Both the position numbers and the translations under genes were made by a program. A DNA stretch of 64,000 bases from Escherichia coli. GTDB lineage: Bacteria > Pseudomonadota > Gammaproteobacteria > Enterobacterales > Enterobacteriaceae. The notes beneath the pieces are model-generated. The model saw only the letters and a list, made by a program, of their open reading frames with translations, searched no databases and was not told the DNA's origin. Each line of letters begins with the position of its first letter. The stretch's first letter is position 1. Below, in pieces: positions 8,509 through 18,432 of this stretch. Where the stretch lies: assembly GCF_048403405.1 (NCBI RefSeq), contig NZ_CP183131.1. The stretch is one strand, 5' to 3'.

Positions 8509-9492
8509 ATGAGTCAATTTGTTCTGGGTTTGGATATTGGTTACTCCAACCTGAAAATGGCAATGGGGTATAAAGGTGAGGAAGCTCGCACAGTCGTCAT
8601 GCCGGTGGGGGCAGGTCCATTGGAACTGATGCCACAACAGTTAACTGGCGGTGCAGGGACCTGCATTCAGGTTGTGATTGATGGAGAGAAATGGGTTGCA
8701 GGCGTCGAGCCTGACCGATTGCAAGGATGGGAGCGTGAGCTTCACGGCGACTATCCTTCGACCAATCCATACAAGGCTCTTTTCTACGCTGCACTCCTGA
8801 TGTCCGAGCAGAAGGAGATCGATGTGCTGGTGACTGGCCTGCCTGTTAGTCAGTACATGGACGTAGAGCGCAGAGAGGCGTTGAAATCTCGGCTTGAGGG
8901 TGAACACCAGATCACGCCAAAACGATCGGTAGCGGTTAAGTCTGTCGTGGTTGTACCTCAACCTGCCGGTGCTTACATGGATGTTGTAAGTTCAACCAAA
9001 GATGAAGACCTCCTGGAGATTATCCAGGGAGGAAAAACCGTTGTAATTGACCCTGGGTTCTTTTCTGTAGACTGGGTAGCTCTTGAAGAGGGAGAGGTCC
9101 GCTATCACTCATCTGGCACCAGCCTCAAGGCGATGTCGGTGTTGCTACAGGAAACGGACCGGCTAATTCAGGAAGACCACGGCGGTGCCCCTGGCATCGA
9201 AAAGATCGAGAAAGCTATTCGTGCCGGTAAGGCCGAAATCTTCCTCTACGGTGAAAAGGTATCGATCAAAGACTACTTCAAGAAAGCCTCAACCAAAGTC
9301 GCTCAAAACGCCTTGATCCCTATGCGGAAGTCAATGCGTGAGGACGGGATGGATGCTGACGTAGTTCTGCTGGCTGGCGGCGGTGCCGAGGCTTACCAAG
9401 ATGCGGCCAAGGAGCTTTTCCCTAAGAGCAGGATCGTACTGCCCAACGAATCCGTGGCATCCAATGCCAGGGGCTTCTGGTTCTGCGGCTGA
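8509..9492 (+). CDS. stbA: actin-like plasmid segregation ATPase (ParM/StbA family)
   Basis: ATG 8509 is preceded by GGAGGA. N-terminal phosphate-1 motif LGLDIGYSNLK; size and layout are typical of ParM/StbA. Tandem 11-bp repeats AAAAGCAATCT (8475-8496) abut the SD. Confidence 0.8.
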   Translation: MSQFVLGLDIGYSNLKMAMGYKGEEARTVVMPVGAGPLELMPQQLTGGAGTCIQVVIDGEKWVAGVEPDRLQGWERELHGDYPSTNPYKALFYAALLMSEQKEIDVLVTGLPVSQYMDVERREALKSRLEGEHQITPKRSVAVKSVVVVPQPAGAYMDVVSSTKDEDLLEIIQGGKTVVIDPGFFSVDWVALEEGEVRYHSSGTSLKAMSVLLQETDRLIQEDHGGAPGIEKIEKAIRAGKAEIFLYGEKVSIKDYFKKASTKVAQNALIPMRKSMREDGMDADVVLLAGGGAEAYQDAAKELFPKSRIVLPNESVASNARGFWFCG

Positions 9493-9508
9493 TAGATAGG
9501 AGGTCGTT

Positions 9509-9802
9509 GTGGCTGGTAGCAAATGGGATGGAAAAATATCTAATCTGAACATATCGGAGCAAGCCTTTCCGGAGCTCTATCGTGAACTGTCCCAGATGCA
9601 GCATAAGGCGCGTAGTGATCGGCTCCGCGCCCTTGCTCTATTGGGTCTTTATTCTCTTCGATTTTCTGGCAACATTGGGTCTTTTGAGCAACAGAGTTCA
9701 GAGAGTCAACCTGCACAGCATCAAAATTCGCCAGTGCAGACTGACGCAAAACTGAACTCTCAACGTGATTCACTTAAAGGAAAACTGATGGGCTCCGTAT
9801 GA
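9509..9802 (+). CDS. putative centromere-binding adaptor (ParR/StbB-like)
   Basis: 97-aa ORF (GTG start after GGAGG) immediately downstream of the ParM-like gene. The assignment rests on position and size; no motif is certain. Confidence 0.45.
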   Translation: MAGSKWDGKISNLNISEQAFPELYRELSQMQHKARSDRLRALALLGLYSLRFSGNIGSFEQQSSESQPAQHQNSPVQTDAKLNSQRDSLKGKLMGSV

Positions 9803-9803
9803 C

Positions 9804-10223
9804 ATGAAAGACCACGAGGAGTTCTCTACGCTATCAGCGGCTGAACGTAGAGAGTTAATAATCGCAGAGTTAAAGCGTAAAAGCCGCATTCGCACCCTGT
9901 TGCGAGGACTCCCGTTAGATGAAGTTCGGGAGATCATTGACAGAATGAAGGGCGTTCTCAATGAACTGGAGGAAGAGTACAAAAAGCGAGAAGAAGAAGA
10001 AAAAGAAAAGCGAGCTCAGGCTGAGCGAATAATGAGCGACATGGAATCCTGCGGTGTGGACATCGGCTTGCTCAACGAAATGTTCACGAGCAGATCAGAA
10101 CCTGATAATGCTAAATATTCAAAAGACGGAGTTTCGTGGAGTGGGCAAGGACGTCGCCCGGATGCTTTCAAGGGGTTGGGAGCTGTCGAGCTGGAGCGCT
10201 ACCGTATCCCACAGAAGAAGTAA
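9804..10223 (+). CDS. acr2: H-NS-like DNA-binding protein
   Basis: 139 aa. Coiled-coil N-terminus and a C-terminal H-NS signature SWSGQGRRPDAF (W-x-GQGR-x-P). Its position next to acaC matches the IncC repressor Acr2. Confidence 0.7.
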   Translation: MKDHEEFSTLSAAERRELIIAELKRKSRIRTLLRGLPLDEVREIIDRMKGVLNELEEEYKKREEEEKEKRAQAERIMSDMESCGVDIGLLNEMFTSRSEPDNAKYSKDGVSWSGQGRRPDAFKGLGAVELERYRIPQKK

Positions 10224-10227
10224 AAAA

Positions 10228-10255
10228 ATGAGCGCCGCAAAGTTTGGGCGCTCAT
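10228..10255. terminator. bidirectional rho-independent terminator
   Basis: ATGAGCGCC...GGCGCTCAT 9-bp stem flanked by an A7 run and CTTCTTC, between convergent acr2(+) and acaC(-). Confidence 0.65.
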
Positions 10256-10282
10256 CTTCTGGTCCGAAATGTCATAGTCTAC

Positions 10283-10834
10283 TCAAGCACACTCTTTCTC
10301 CCCACCACCATGCCTTCCTTGTTCTTTGCAGAACGGACATTCAACGCAGGTTCTTTGATTAACAGAGGTGAAGTACGTACACTTGCAGTTGTCGCACACC
10401 TCCAGCATTGCGTCCCCACTTCTCAGCTCCGAAGCAAGACACCAGGCATCAGTAATATCAAACGGAGCCCACCGAGCACCTTTCATTCCGGGCACTTCTT
10501 TGCGGATTGCGTGATACATTCTAAATGCCTTGTTCAAGGCTTTGATGTTCACAGACCGCAACACGGCTTCTCCACCAATGTTGAAGTAGAGCTGCATTAG
10601 AAGAGAGGCCTGTATCTTGGATGTGTGACTATGAATCAGTGTCGCACCACCCCGGAAAGTTCTGGATTTTCGTTCCAGAGTATATCCGTCCCTCTCCAGA
10701 TCCTGGTAAAGCCGTCTGACCTGTTTGTAGGTCAGACCAGTCTCGATCATGATGATTTTTGTGATGTACCCAGCAAGGGCCATGTGTCGAGCTGTAACCC
10801 AGCGACCCAATGTACCAGAGTTGCCAATGTTCAT
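10283..10834 (-). CDS. acaC: FlhC-like subunit of master transfer activator AcaCD
   Basis: FlhC-like architecture with a C-terminal zinc knuckle CDNCKCTYF...CVECPFC. The ATG at 10834 overlaps the acaD stop (ATGA coupling). Confidence 0.75.
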   Translation of the reverse strand: MNIGNSGTLGRWVTARHMALAGYITKIIMIETGLTYKQVRRLYQDLERDGYTLERKSRTFRGGATLIHSHTSKIQASLLMQLYFNIGGEAVLRSVNIKALNKAFRMYHAIRKEVPGMKGARWAPFDITDAWCLASELRSGDAMLEVCDNCKCTYFTSVNQRTCVECPFCKEQGRHGGGEKECA

Positions 10835-11439
10835 CTCCACCTCCCACGTCCCTGTAGAGACTGTTGCAGTTTTTTCAATACCGGGTGTGTTAACTCTTCC
10901 CGGCTGTCATCGAGAATTTCTTCAATGATGCTCGGAGCAAAACGAAGCGTAAAATGCGTAACCGTTGTTCCAGACATGTGGCGCAACTGGCTGTCTGTTG
11001 CCTTAGCCACCAGCTCCGCAAGCTCTCTCGAAACCCCGAAAACTTCCTTTGCCATCTCCGGGTCTCTCGATGCGACGCGGTTAAATAGCAACCAGTAGGC
11101 AGCATCAAATTCATCAACACTATGGTTGATAAAAACTACAGGGTCGTAGTCGCCAGAGAGTCGCGTGATGATGTTCTGCTCTGCTGTTTCGAGTTTGAAA
11201 GAGATCAACACGCCAGAGGCCAGAGCTTCCAATTGGGAAGGTGTTGCCAGTGACAGCTTTTGAACGGTGTCCATGCCCAAAGAAAATTGTGAGGCCGCAT
11301 CATCTGGACGTTCTTTTGCCAGAGTGGATAGCAGGTTCCACAATGTCAGATCGAACTCGTAGACGTTTCTATCAGCTTCTTCTTGATCGAGGTTGACGGC
11401 TCTTGCATCCCACGCACCAATAATATCCAGTTCCAACAT
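10831..11439 (-). CDS. acaD: FlhD-like subunit of master transfer activator AcaCD
   Basis: The track ORF 10831..11658 overlaps the SLT gene. The internal ATG at 11439 (MLELDIIGAWD) follows GAGGGGGG and lies 10 nt after the SLT stop. 202 aa, upstream partner of the FlhC-like gene. Confidence 0.65.
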   Translation of the reverse strand: MLELDIIGAWDARAVNLDQEEADRNVYEFDLTLWNLLSTLAKERPDDAASQFSLGMDTVQKLSLATPSQLEALASGVLISFKLETAEQNIITRLSGDYDPVVFINHSVDEFDAAYWLLFNRVASRDPEMAKEVFGVSRELAELVAKATDSQLRHMSGTTVTHFTLRFAPSIIEEILDDSREELTHPVLKKLQQSLQGRGRWR

Positions 11440-11449
11440 TCCGCCCCCC

Positions 11450-11983
11450 TCACAAATCACGAAGGTTGCGATAGATAGCCAAGACTCGGCTACCATAGTT
11501 TCTGGCTCGGATTTCGTCTTCCCAGGCGTGATAGCGGCCAACGCCAAGCTCCAAGTCATTTGGAGATGACTGAATGGCTTCTGATAGCACCTCTGCCCCA
11601 ACCATGACGTTGGTCTCTGGGTCGAGAAGATCTGCTGGAGAAGAAACTCTATGACCATTCCACCGGATGCTCACTTGCATAAACCCGACATCAATGGCAC
11701 GACCGTACTGCTGCTGAAACTCAGCGAGCTTAGCCTTTGCCTGATCTTCCGACTTAGCATAGAAAGGAAGCCCAGGAACGCGAAGCGTCCAAGGCCAAGG
11801 ACTTATAGAGCCATTACCTCTCCCTGATGCAGATTCGGCCAATGCGACCGAATACACTAGAAGAGGGTCGAGGTTATATGCTTTCGCTGCTTTGTCGAAG
11901 ATGGTTCCGCTCAGGTCAATAGCATTCGCTGTTGATGAAAGGAGAGCCGCAGACAGAACTAGCGCCTTGGCTTTGTTCTTCAT
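11450..11983 (-). CDS. lytic transglycosylase (SLT domain), secreted
   Basis: Signal peptide MKNKAKALVLSAALLSSTANA. Catalytic-Glu context SVALAESASG. 177 aa. Confidence 0.8.
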   Translation of the reverse strand: MKNKAKALVLSAALLSSTANAIDLSGTIFDKAAKAYNLDPLLVYSVALAESASGRGNGSISPWPWTLRVPGLPFYAKSEDQAKAKLAEFQQQYGRAIDVGFMQVSIRWNGHRVSSPADLLDPETNVMVGAEVLSEAIQSSPNDLELGVGRYHAWEDEIRARNYGSRVLAIYRNLRDL

Positions 11984-12255
11984 CAGCTTGCCTCCTTATG
12001 TCTGAGGGGTATTTCGTGTTCTTCGTCGTACCGCTCCGGCCAAATCTCAGACGGCTTCACACCCAAAGCTGTAGCTATCTCATGTTCCCAGCGTGGACTG
12101 GGCTTATAGAGTGCCGTAGACACCACCTGCCGAGATGTTTTGTGTTTTCTGCCCAATGCGGCCAGAGAAAGCCCCTGGATCTTGAGTTTGTACTTGATCC
12201 ACTCACGTTTCTTCTCTGGGTCGCTTGGGATGTCTATCAATTGGCATTTATCCAT
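11983..12255 (-). CDS. acr1: Ner-like HTH repressor
   Basis: 90 aa. Strong resemblance to Mu Ner/Nlp (GLSLAALGRKH...SEIWPERY). First gene of the acr1-slt-acaDC operon, as in IncC. Confidence 0.65.
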   Translation of the reverse strand: MDKCQLIDIPSDPEKKREWIKYKLKIQGLSLAALGRKHKTSRQVVSTALYKPSPRWEHEIATALGVKPSEIWPERYDEEHEIPLRHKEAS

Positions 12256-12824
12256 TGTTTGCCACCCTTTAAACTGCGTTGTTAGCCATACAAAAAGTGC
12301 GTTATTCGATGAACGCTTTTAGAGTTCTTCTATTGTCACAAACTGACACATTTTGCGCCTTTACAAGCCCAAATAATGATGCTGTCAACAATAAAAAACC
12401 TTTAAAAACATACACTTAACTTTGTACCGACGGAACAAAGTTACAATACTTTTAGTAATCAATGGGATACGGATATTTTTGCGATAGTAATGGAAAGTGC
12501 GCCAAAAGAATGGCGGAAATAGCGCACGGGGAGTGCGGTATTTTGTGATATTAAATAGCGTTTAGGTATAAGTGATTTTAGGGATACAGCGAGGGCTGAA
12601 ATTGCGAATACAGCAGGAGCTGAGGAGGGCAGGGAAGGCAAAGGCGCATCCCGACCACACAAGGATGATGGTGTTTACAGAAAGAGATATTTGAGAAAGA
12701 GAACTCTGCGGTGTTGCAGATGGGGACCAAAGCGTTAGCAATGGCCTATTCCATAGTGTATGCGATTTGTTTGACATGTTCAACTATGTAATGCTTTGTC
12801 AATAAACGCCTTGTTCCGTAAGGG

Positions 12825-12848
12825 CAAACTTTCACATGTGAAAGTTTG
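12825..12848. promoter_or_regulatory. 24-bp perfect palindrome (parS-like site)
   Basis: CAAACTTTCACATGTGAAAGTTTG, flanked by AGGGCAAA direct repeats. A half-site AAACTTTCACA lies at 12907-12917. See findings. Confidence 0.6.
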
Positions 12849-12970
12849 AGGGCAAATTCTAATCGAAGAAGTTGCCAATGGAATGGTTGTTTAGCAAAAA
12901 ATAGTCAAACTTTCACAGTTGCATTTTTTGATGCCGTGGTAAACTGGAGGTAAAGAGTAAGGGGGTTGAT

Positions 12971-13333
12971 ATGAAACATGTGGTCAATATTCTTCTGCTG
13001 GGAATGGTGCTTCTGGGAATAGCCATGATGGCTGACACACCTTGGGGACTTGGTGTGGCGCTGGCTCCCTTCGGCGTTTGGGGTGCTCGTTTCCTATTTC
13101 TGGTTCACAAAAGCCTTTGGGCTGCTGTTATCTTTTGGGGAGGGATCGCTTACTTCCAGTGGCAAGTTGCTTTGGTTGTCGGGGCTCTGTTTGGACTAAC
13201 GTGCTTTATCCGCGTTGCGCGGTCAGCATATAAAGAGGCACCACCTACCCGGCGCAGAAAAAAACAAACTGGTGGGTTTCAAGATTCCTATGATTTTGAC
13301 CAGCGCTTCCATATTGGAGCTGGAGACGAATAA
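12971..13333 (+). CDS. inner-membrane protein, candidate entry-exclusion factor (Eex-like)
   Basis: 120 aa, 3-4 TM segments and a charged C-terminal tail. Convergent with traG, where SXT/IncC-type elements encode Eex. The assignment is positional. Confidence 0.45.
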   Translation: MKHVVNILLLGMVLLGIAMMADTPWGLGVALAPFGVWGARFLFLVHKSLWAAVIFWGGIAYFQWQVALVVGALFGLTCFIRVARSAYKEAPPTRRRKKQTGGFQDSYDFDQRFHIGAGDE

Positions 13334-13353
13334 GGGGGCCTGCTGGCCCCCTT
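13332..13353. terminator. bidirectional rho-independent terminator
   Basis: AAGGGGGCC-TGCT-GGCCCCCTT followed by ATTATTT, between the convergent 12971-13333(+) gene and traG(-). Confidence 0.7.
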
Positions 13354-13370
13354 ATTATTTGGTTGGTCTT

Positions 13371-16300
13371 TTAGAACCTTTGATTTGCTATGTTGTACCC
13401 CCTGACGGCAGTCAAATAGCTACCTGAACGGTCTCCAGCTTCCGTCGAGTTCTGCAATACGTTTACCAGCTTGTCCGTAAACTCTTCGTTTTGCTGAGAA
13501 AGAACAGGCTGACCTCCTTGCATCATCGGTGAGCCATCCGGGTTACGTTCTGCATACTCCATTTTCAGATTCTGAACAGCCTGGTTCATGCGACCTTCGT
13601 TTGTGTCAAACGATTCGGCATAAACAGCGGCTTGGGATTCAGTCAGCCCATAACGGCTTTGAGCGATAGACTGCATCGTTTCTTTGAACTCATCACCGTA
13701 CTGGTTCATAAACTGCTGCGCGGCTCCACCACCAGCTTCTGCGGCAGAGGATAGCGCTGCTGCATAGAACGCGCCGCGTTCCTCAATGCTCATCCCTTTA
13801 GCGGCTTCCGATAGATCAGATTTACCAGTTAACCACTCCTTCGCTGCATCATAGCCGCTTGCAGCAGCTCCCATGACGTTGCGGCCAAGTTTAGCCATAC
13901 CGACCATCGCATCACCGGCCCAGCCAAACTCCTCTTGCACGGCCTGGTCGCCGCGTTGAGTGGCCGCGATGAATTGGTCGCGTTGTTCAGGTGTCATCGT
14001 TCTCATTTGATCCATCGCTCTTGAGAACGCATCAGCGCCAGCTTGACCACCAGCAATGAGAGCTCCACCTGCTTGTTCAGCTCTGCGGCCCATCCAATCA
14101 CTGGAGTTGTCCCACGCTCCCCACGCCGAAGCGCTCCAAGACATTTCCGGAAGCGAGTTCATAAGGTTATCTTGGGCTTTTTTCAGTTCAGGAGCAGATA
14201 CATTTCGCTCTGTTTGCTGTGCTTGGTTATGAAGAGCTGACGTACCGGCTGCATGTTCATTTTGAACAAGGGGGCTATTCGTTGGTAACTGCCCAGCTTC
14301 TGATGCCGGATTAGTTCCAGCCATCCCAGCCACATTCTCCCGGAATCCGGTTGGGATGTTAGGTCCACTGCCTACAGCCCCTTGAACCTGACCTGGTAGG
14401 CCTTGAACATTCGGGCCTTCAATGCCGTTATTTCCGTAAGCATCACCACTAAATGCTCCGTTGCGACCGGACGCGGTATTGATCGCCTGTAGTGCGGCTT
14501 GATACCCGCCAAGCTCCTTACCCTGTTCGTAATTTTTGGAGTTGGTCATTGCTGTCATTCGCGCTGCTGCCTGGGCCACTTGAGGAGACATTCCGTAGGC
14601 TTGGTATCTTTGCTGTAGTGAAGCCGCCTCGTCTTTAACCGATTGCGGCGCGGCATTTCGGAAATAGTCATTCAGTTGGTTCATGGCCGCAGGGGTTTGT
14701 GCTACTGCACCACCGAGAGTTTTAAAGTCGGTATTAGTCATGGAGCCCATTTGGTTTTGGAGCTGACTCATTGTTGTGAAGGTGTCCGATGCAGACACCA
14801 GTTCAGAAGCGGACTTGGATAGGTTCTGGGATAAGCTATCGCCCCAGGTTTGCTTGAATGACTCGCTTCCAGAACGGCTGAAACCCTGCGCTAATTGATT
14901 TGTCAACGCCTGGCTATCGGTTTGCGAATAGCTCACACCCTTCATGAACTGGGACACATCACTCGCTGACCAGCTTGAAGAGTCTTGAGTTGATGACTCT
15001 GTTGCTCCCTTCGCTTGCGCTTTGATGTCCAGGACATCACTGCCGCCGCCTGATTCGCCATTACCACCAGCAGGAACTAGGGCTGTACTGTTTGATTTCA
15101 CACCAGCAGCGGCCTTCATTGCTGCCCTGGCCTTGCCAACCATAGGCATAAGCATGGACGCAGCTTCGTCAACATCGAGTGTGCCCATAGCCTGCATGGC
15201 AAAAGCACCTTTGACAGCATCAGAGTGGCTATCATCCACCTGGAACTTATCCATGAAGTTCTTGGCTTGCTGGTTGATCAATTGGCTTTGAGCTGTGTTT
15301 TGCGACGAAACGTTGCGCCCGACATTGGAGAGTCTTGAATAGGCTTGATCCTGACTTACTCCATCAGAAAAACCTCGACCAAGAGTGCTTTGGAAAGCCT
15401 CCGATTTCTGACTTTGTAATGCCTGTGCGGAGCTCACGCCTGATGCCAAGGTGGAGCCAAGCGAGAAGGTACTGATCATGCTTTCTGCGCCGTTTGCAAT
15501 CGCACCACTGAACTGGTTGTGATTGTACGCTGGCTGACTTTGCATAACCGGACCTTGCTTGAGTAGATCTGGCGTTTGCATCTTTTCGTCAACGTGGTCA
15601 GAACCACTTATTCTCGATGCCAAGCTGGTGAAGGCGTAGGTGCTACCTGTGACGATAAACAGGGAAATCACCGGAGTGGCCGCAGCCAACATGCCGCCGG
15701 TTGCAATCCAGTGTTGCAGAACATCTCCAGTTGAGGAAAGAGCGTACATGGAGTTGAGACCACCAGCACTGAGGCTAGACATCTCATTTGACGCGGCGGT
15801 ATGAACAAACAGGTTTATAATTGAGAGGACTGGCATCCATAGCTGAATCCAGAGGATGGTTTGTACATATTTCCCGGCTAACTGGAGGCCGAAGCTGCCC
15901 ATCACGATAATAAAAGCAATGATCGGGGTTATAGCATAAATAAAGCCTTCAAAGAACGTCAGCATTGGTCGGACGACGGTCATGAACATCGACTGCTCTG
16001 CGGCCCACTGTGTGTTCCGTTGCTGAATAGCCTGGTTGACCATCAATGCAGAGCCATAATCCTGGAGGTCCTGATAACGTCCTGCTGCGGCTTCATAATA
16101 GAGGGGCTCCAGAACGGCGGCTTTCAGATAGTCGATTGATGACGTAGTTGTGGCACCCATCGCTTGAAGCGAATCGGTCAGCTTCGTTAGAGCGTTGTCT
16201 CCAGTTGACGTGTCAATACCCAGTAGGCTGTTAAGAGCATCAACAACAACCGGGCTGCTTAGGTTGGCGGTTGCAGTGCTAATAGCCACCCATCCGTCAG

Positions 16301-16985
16301 TACATGTGTAGTCAGCGCCGTCAGGGTTTGCTGTAGACAAATACAACCTAGTTCCGTAGAGCTGTGAGTTGAATCGCAAAGCTGAGTCAGTTGAACGGTT
16401 CATCAACTCATCAAGGGACATTAGGTTGAGATCGACTTTGGTTAACGTGCATTCCCGAATGTAATTGTTCCAGGAACGCCTCACGTCAACATAGCCGCCT
16501 CCATTTGCTGAGTTAAGCGCAGTAAAAACTCCTGTGTCATAGGCTCGCCGTCTGACGTCATTCAACAGTTTCAGTGTTTCGGAAAAGTGGCTTTCCGTGA
16601 CATTGGGTACGATTACCCCATATCCAGTTTCAAACAAATTGGTGATGGTGTATCCCACGTTGGATATGACACCTCCAGCAAAGCCTACCCCAATAGGGAC
16701 ATTGGCGACGACTCGAACCTGCCCTGTATAAGCGTCCTCGATAGTCACAGTTGTGGTTGGGCCGAAGAAACAGGCATATAGAATCCAACCTACCAGCACT
16801 TGCTGGAGGTTGATTTGCTTTGCGCCCTGAAAGACGGACTGAATACAGATCATCAAGACCCCAAGAAGCAGGCCAATACTGACCATCTTCTCGAAATCCC
16901 CGGTGCCGGTGATCATTGATACTGCAATCAGGATTTGCTCCAGAAAAGCAGAGTCACCGATAGAGTGGATTGAAAAAGATCCCAT
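13371..16985 (-). CDS. traG: F-type/MPF-F mating-pair stabilisation and pilus assembly protein TraG
   Basis: 1204 aa. Polytopic N-terminal half (TraG_N-like), then a long low-complexity Q/A/S-rich periplasmic C-terminal half. traF-traH-traG order as in IncC and SXT/R391. Confidence 0.9.
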   Translation of the reverse strand: MGSFSIHSIGDSAFLEQILIAVSMITGTGDFEKMVSIGLLLGVLMICIQSVFQGAKQINLQQVLVGWILYACFFGPTTTVTIEDAYTGQVRVVANVPIGVGFAGGVISNVGYTITNLFETGYGVIVPNVTESHFSETLKLLNDVRRRAYDTGVFTALNSANGGGYVDVRRSWNNYIRECTLTKVDLNLMSLDELMNRSTDSALRFNSQLYGTRLYLSTANPDGADYTCTDGWVAISTATANLSSPVVVDALNSLLGIDTSTGDNALTKLTDSLQAMGATTTSSIDYLKAAVLEPLYYEAAAGRYQDLQDYGSALMVNQAIQQRNTQWAAEQSMFMTVVRPMLTFFEGFIYAITPIIAFIIVMGSFGLQLAGKYVQTILWIQLWMPVLSIINLFVHTAASNEMSSLSAGGLNSMYALSSTGDVLQHWIATGGMLAAATPVISLFIVTGSTYAFTSLASRISGSDHVDEKMQTPDLLKQGPVMQSQPAYNHNQFSGAIANGAESMISTFSLGSTLASGVSSAQALQSQKSEAFQSTLGRGFSDGVSQDQAYSRLSNVGRNVSSQNTAQSQLINQQAKNFMDKFQVDDSHSDAVKGAFAMQAMGTLDVDEAASMLMPMVGKARAAMKAAAGVKSNSTALVPAGGNGESGGGSDVLDIKAQAKGATESSTQDSSSWSASDVSQFMKGVSYSQTDSQALTNQLAQGFSRSGSESFKQTWGDSLSQNLSKSASELVSASDTFTTMSQLQNQMGSMTNTDFKTLGGAVAQTPAAMNQLNDYFRNAAPQSVKDEAASLQQRYQAYGMSPQVAQAAARMTAMTNSKNYEQGKELGGYQAALQAINTASGRNGAFSGDAYGNNGIEGPNVQGLPGQVQGAVGSGPNIPTGFRENVAGMAGTNPASEAGQLPTNSPLVQNEHAAGTSALHNQAQQTERNVSAPELKKAQDNLMNSLPEMSWSASAWGAWDNSSDWMGRRAEQAGGALIAGGQAGADAFSRAMDQMRTMTPEQRDQFIAATQRGDQAVQEEFGWAGDAMVGMAKLGRNVMGAAASGYDAAKEWLTGKSDLSEAAKGMSIEERGAFYAAALSSAAEAGGGAAQQFMNQYGDEFKETMQSIAQSRYGLTESQAAVYAESFDTNEGRMNQAVQNLKMEYAERNPDGSPMMQGGQPVLSQQNEEFTDKLVNVLQNSTEAGDRSGSYLTAVRGYNIANQRF

Positions 16986-16997
16986 TCCAATAGCTCC

Positions 16998-18431
16998 TTA
17001 GTTCGTGCTAGGAGGATTGGACAAAGTTGCCAGCATGTATTTTTGCTTGCGGATGTTGTCCAGTAGGTTGTTGTATTTCTCAATTTGGCTTGCCAGATCG
17101 CCGTATTGAGAGGACAGGATTGTGTATTCAGCACGGATTTGCTGTTGCGATTGCGCGAGAAGCTCTAGTGCCTCTTTCTTGTAGGGTGATTTGCTGTTAG
17201 CCATCGCAATGCGAGCTGCGCGGAAGAACTCTTCCGAGAAGCTATACATCATGGTCAGGGCTATCGCTCCTGATGACTCTGTTGCGAACAGGTTAGCGCC
17301 GTCCTGTGAAAGGACAGACAAGTTACGAACAATGGTGCCAATCCCTCCGGGGAGGTTAGAAACAAAGGCCTTTTCTGGGTCGGTTAAGGTTCCAGAGTTC
17401 GTTGCGTATTTGTAGATCACACCAGGTGTAGAGCTTGTTCCTAACAGCATATCGGTGATCTGGTTCTTGATACCTTTGAGCACGACAGTTTTATTGCTGG
17501 AGCCAGCACTCAGGCAGTTGGTCGTATCAGAATCACAGGAATAGATCTCAACAGAACCGCCTGAAATCAGGTCTGACAAGGTGATCTTGTTACCTGGTAG
17601 GGTCGTCAGAGGGGTTGTTTTCGCACCAGTGCCGGTTGAGTTCGGGTCGTTTACCAGATCACCAATGATGACTGTGCCGGTTAAAGACATGATCGCTTCA
17701 AGAAGGGTGTTATCCCCGTACTGGAACCAGGTGTTGGCGTTGTTGCTCTTGAGTTGCTTCCAGACGATGTTGCCAATCATCTTGTTGTATTCGTCAGGTT
17801 TGTTGGCTTTCAGTTCTTCCAGAGGACTCTTGCCGCTGGTTTCCTGCTTGGACCCGAAGAAGTCTTCATACAGGCCGGAAGTTGTCGCGGTTATAGAAGC
17901 ATCAGTTTTGTGTTTAAGGTCCATGCCGCTGGTTAGGTCGTTCACGAAACCTTGAGCGAGCTGGCAGGAGTTGCCCAGATGTTGGTTGAGCGCTTGCACT
18001 TTCTTCTGGAAGTTCTCTATCCACTTCGCTCCGTCCGGGAAAACGTTATCGAGCGCAAGCTGGAAGGCATAGCCCTTGGCGTTGGCTGCTACAGCCCGAA
18101 GGAGTTGGACAATTTGATCCGCGTTAATGAAGGAAAGCGAACCGCCGAACAGATCTACACCACCGCAACCAGCTTTCCATGATGGAGGGGCAAAGCTCAC
18201 CAGGTTCTCGTCGAAGATTCGTGTCTTTGCAGTGAACCGGCCACCAGCTAAAACGCCACGTCGTTGGCTTTCATAAACCCCAGGTGGTGTTGTGTTGCTC
18301 ATTTCATTGAAGAGTTTGTCCATCTGTGATTGGAGGCCGTTAGCGGCTATCGCCCCTGTCGGTGCCATGACGAGACTGGCCGCCACACTCAGGGCAAGCA
18401 GGCTCCTTTTTAATGTCTTGTGCGTGACCAT
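16998..18431 (-). CDS. traH: conjugative pilus assembly protein TraH
   Basis: 477 aa. Signal peptide (LLALSVAASLVMAPTGAIA). TraH-family sequence and synteny. Confidence 0.9.
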   Translation of the reverse strand: MVTHKTLKRSLLALSVAASLVMAPTGAIAANGLQSQMDKLFNEMSNTTPPGVYESQRRGVLAGGRFTAKTRIFDENLVSFAPPSWKAGCGGVDLFGGSLSFINADQIVQLLRAVAANAKGYAFQLALDNVFPDGAKWIENFQKKVQALNQHLGNSCQLAQGFVNDLTSGMDLKHKTDASITATTSGLYEDFFGSKQETSGKSPLEELKANKPDEYNKMIGNIVWKQLKSNNANTWFQYGDNTLLEAIMSLTGTVIIGDLVNDPNSTGTGAKTTPLTTLPGNKITLSDLISGGSVEIYSCDSDTTNCLSAGSSNKTVVLKGIKNQITDMLLGTSSTPGVIYKYATNSGTLTDPEKAFVSNLPGGIGTIVRNLSVLSQDGANLFATESSGAIALTMMYSFSEEFFRAARIAMANSKSPYKKEALELLAQSQQQIRAEYTILSSQYGDLASQIEKYNNLLDNIRKQKYMLATLSNPPSTN

Positions 18432-18432
18432 C

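Noticed and set aside
10831-11658. 275-aa version of the acaD ORF extending over the SLT gene
   Set aside because: It would overlap the lytic transglycosylase gene by about 200 nt. An internal ATG at 11439 with a strong GAGGGGGG SD, 10 nt after the SLT stop, gives a sensible 202-aa product.
13386-13400. TATGTTGTA match to the core of E. coli Ter sites at the 3' end of traG
   Set aside because: Only 9 nt match and the critical GTTGTAAC is broken (GTTGTACC). A match of this length is expected by chance in 128 kb of two-strand sequence, and the plasmid Tus homologue is too diverged to assume the same site.
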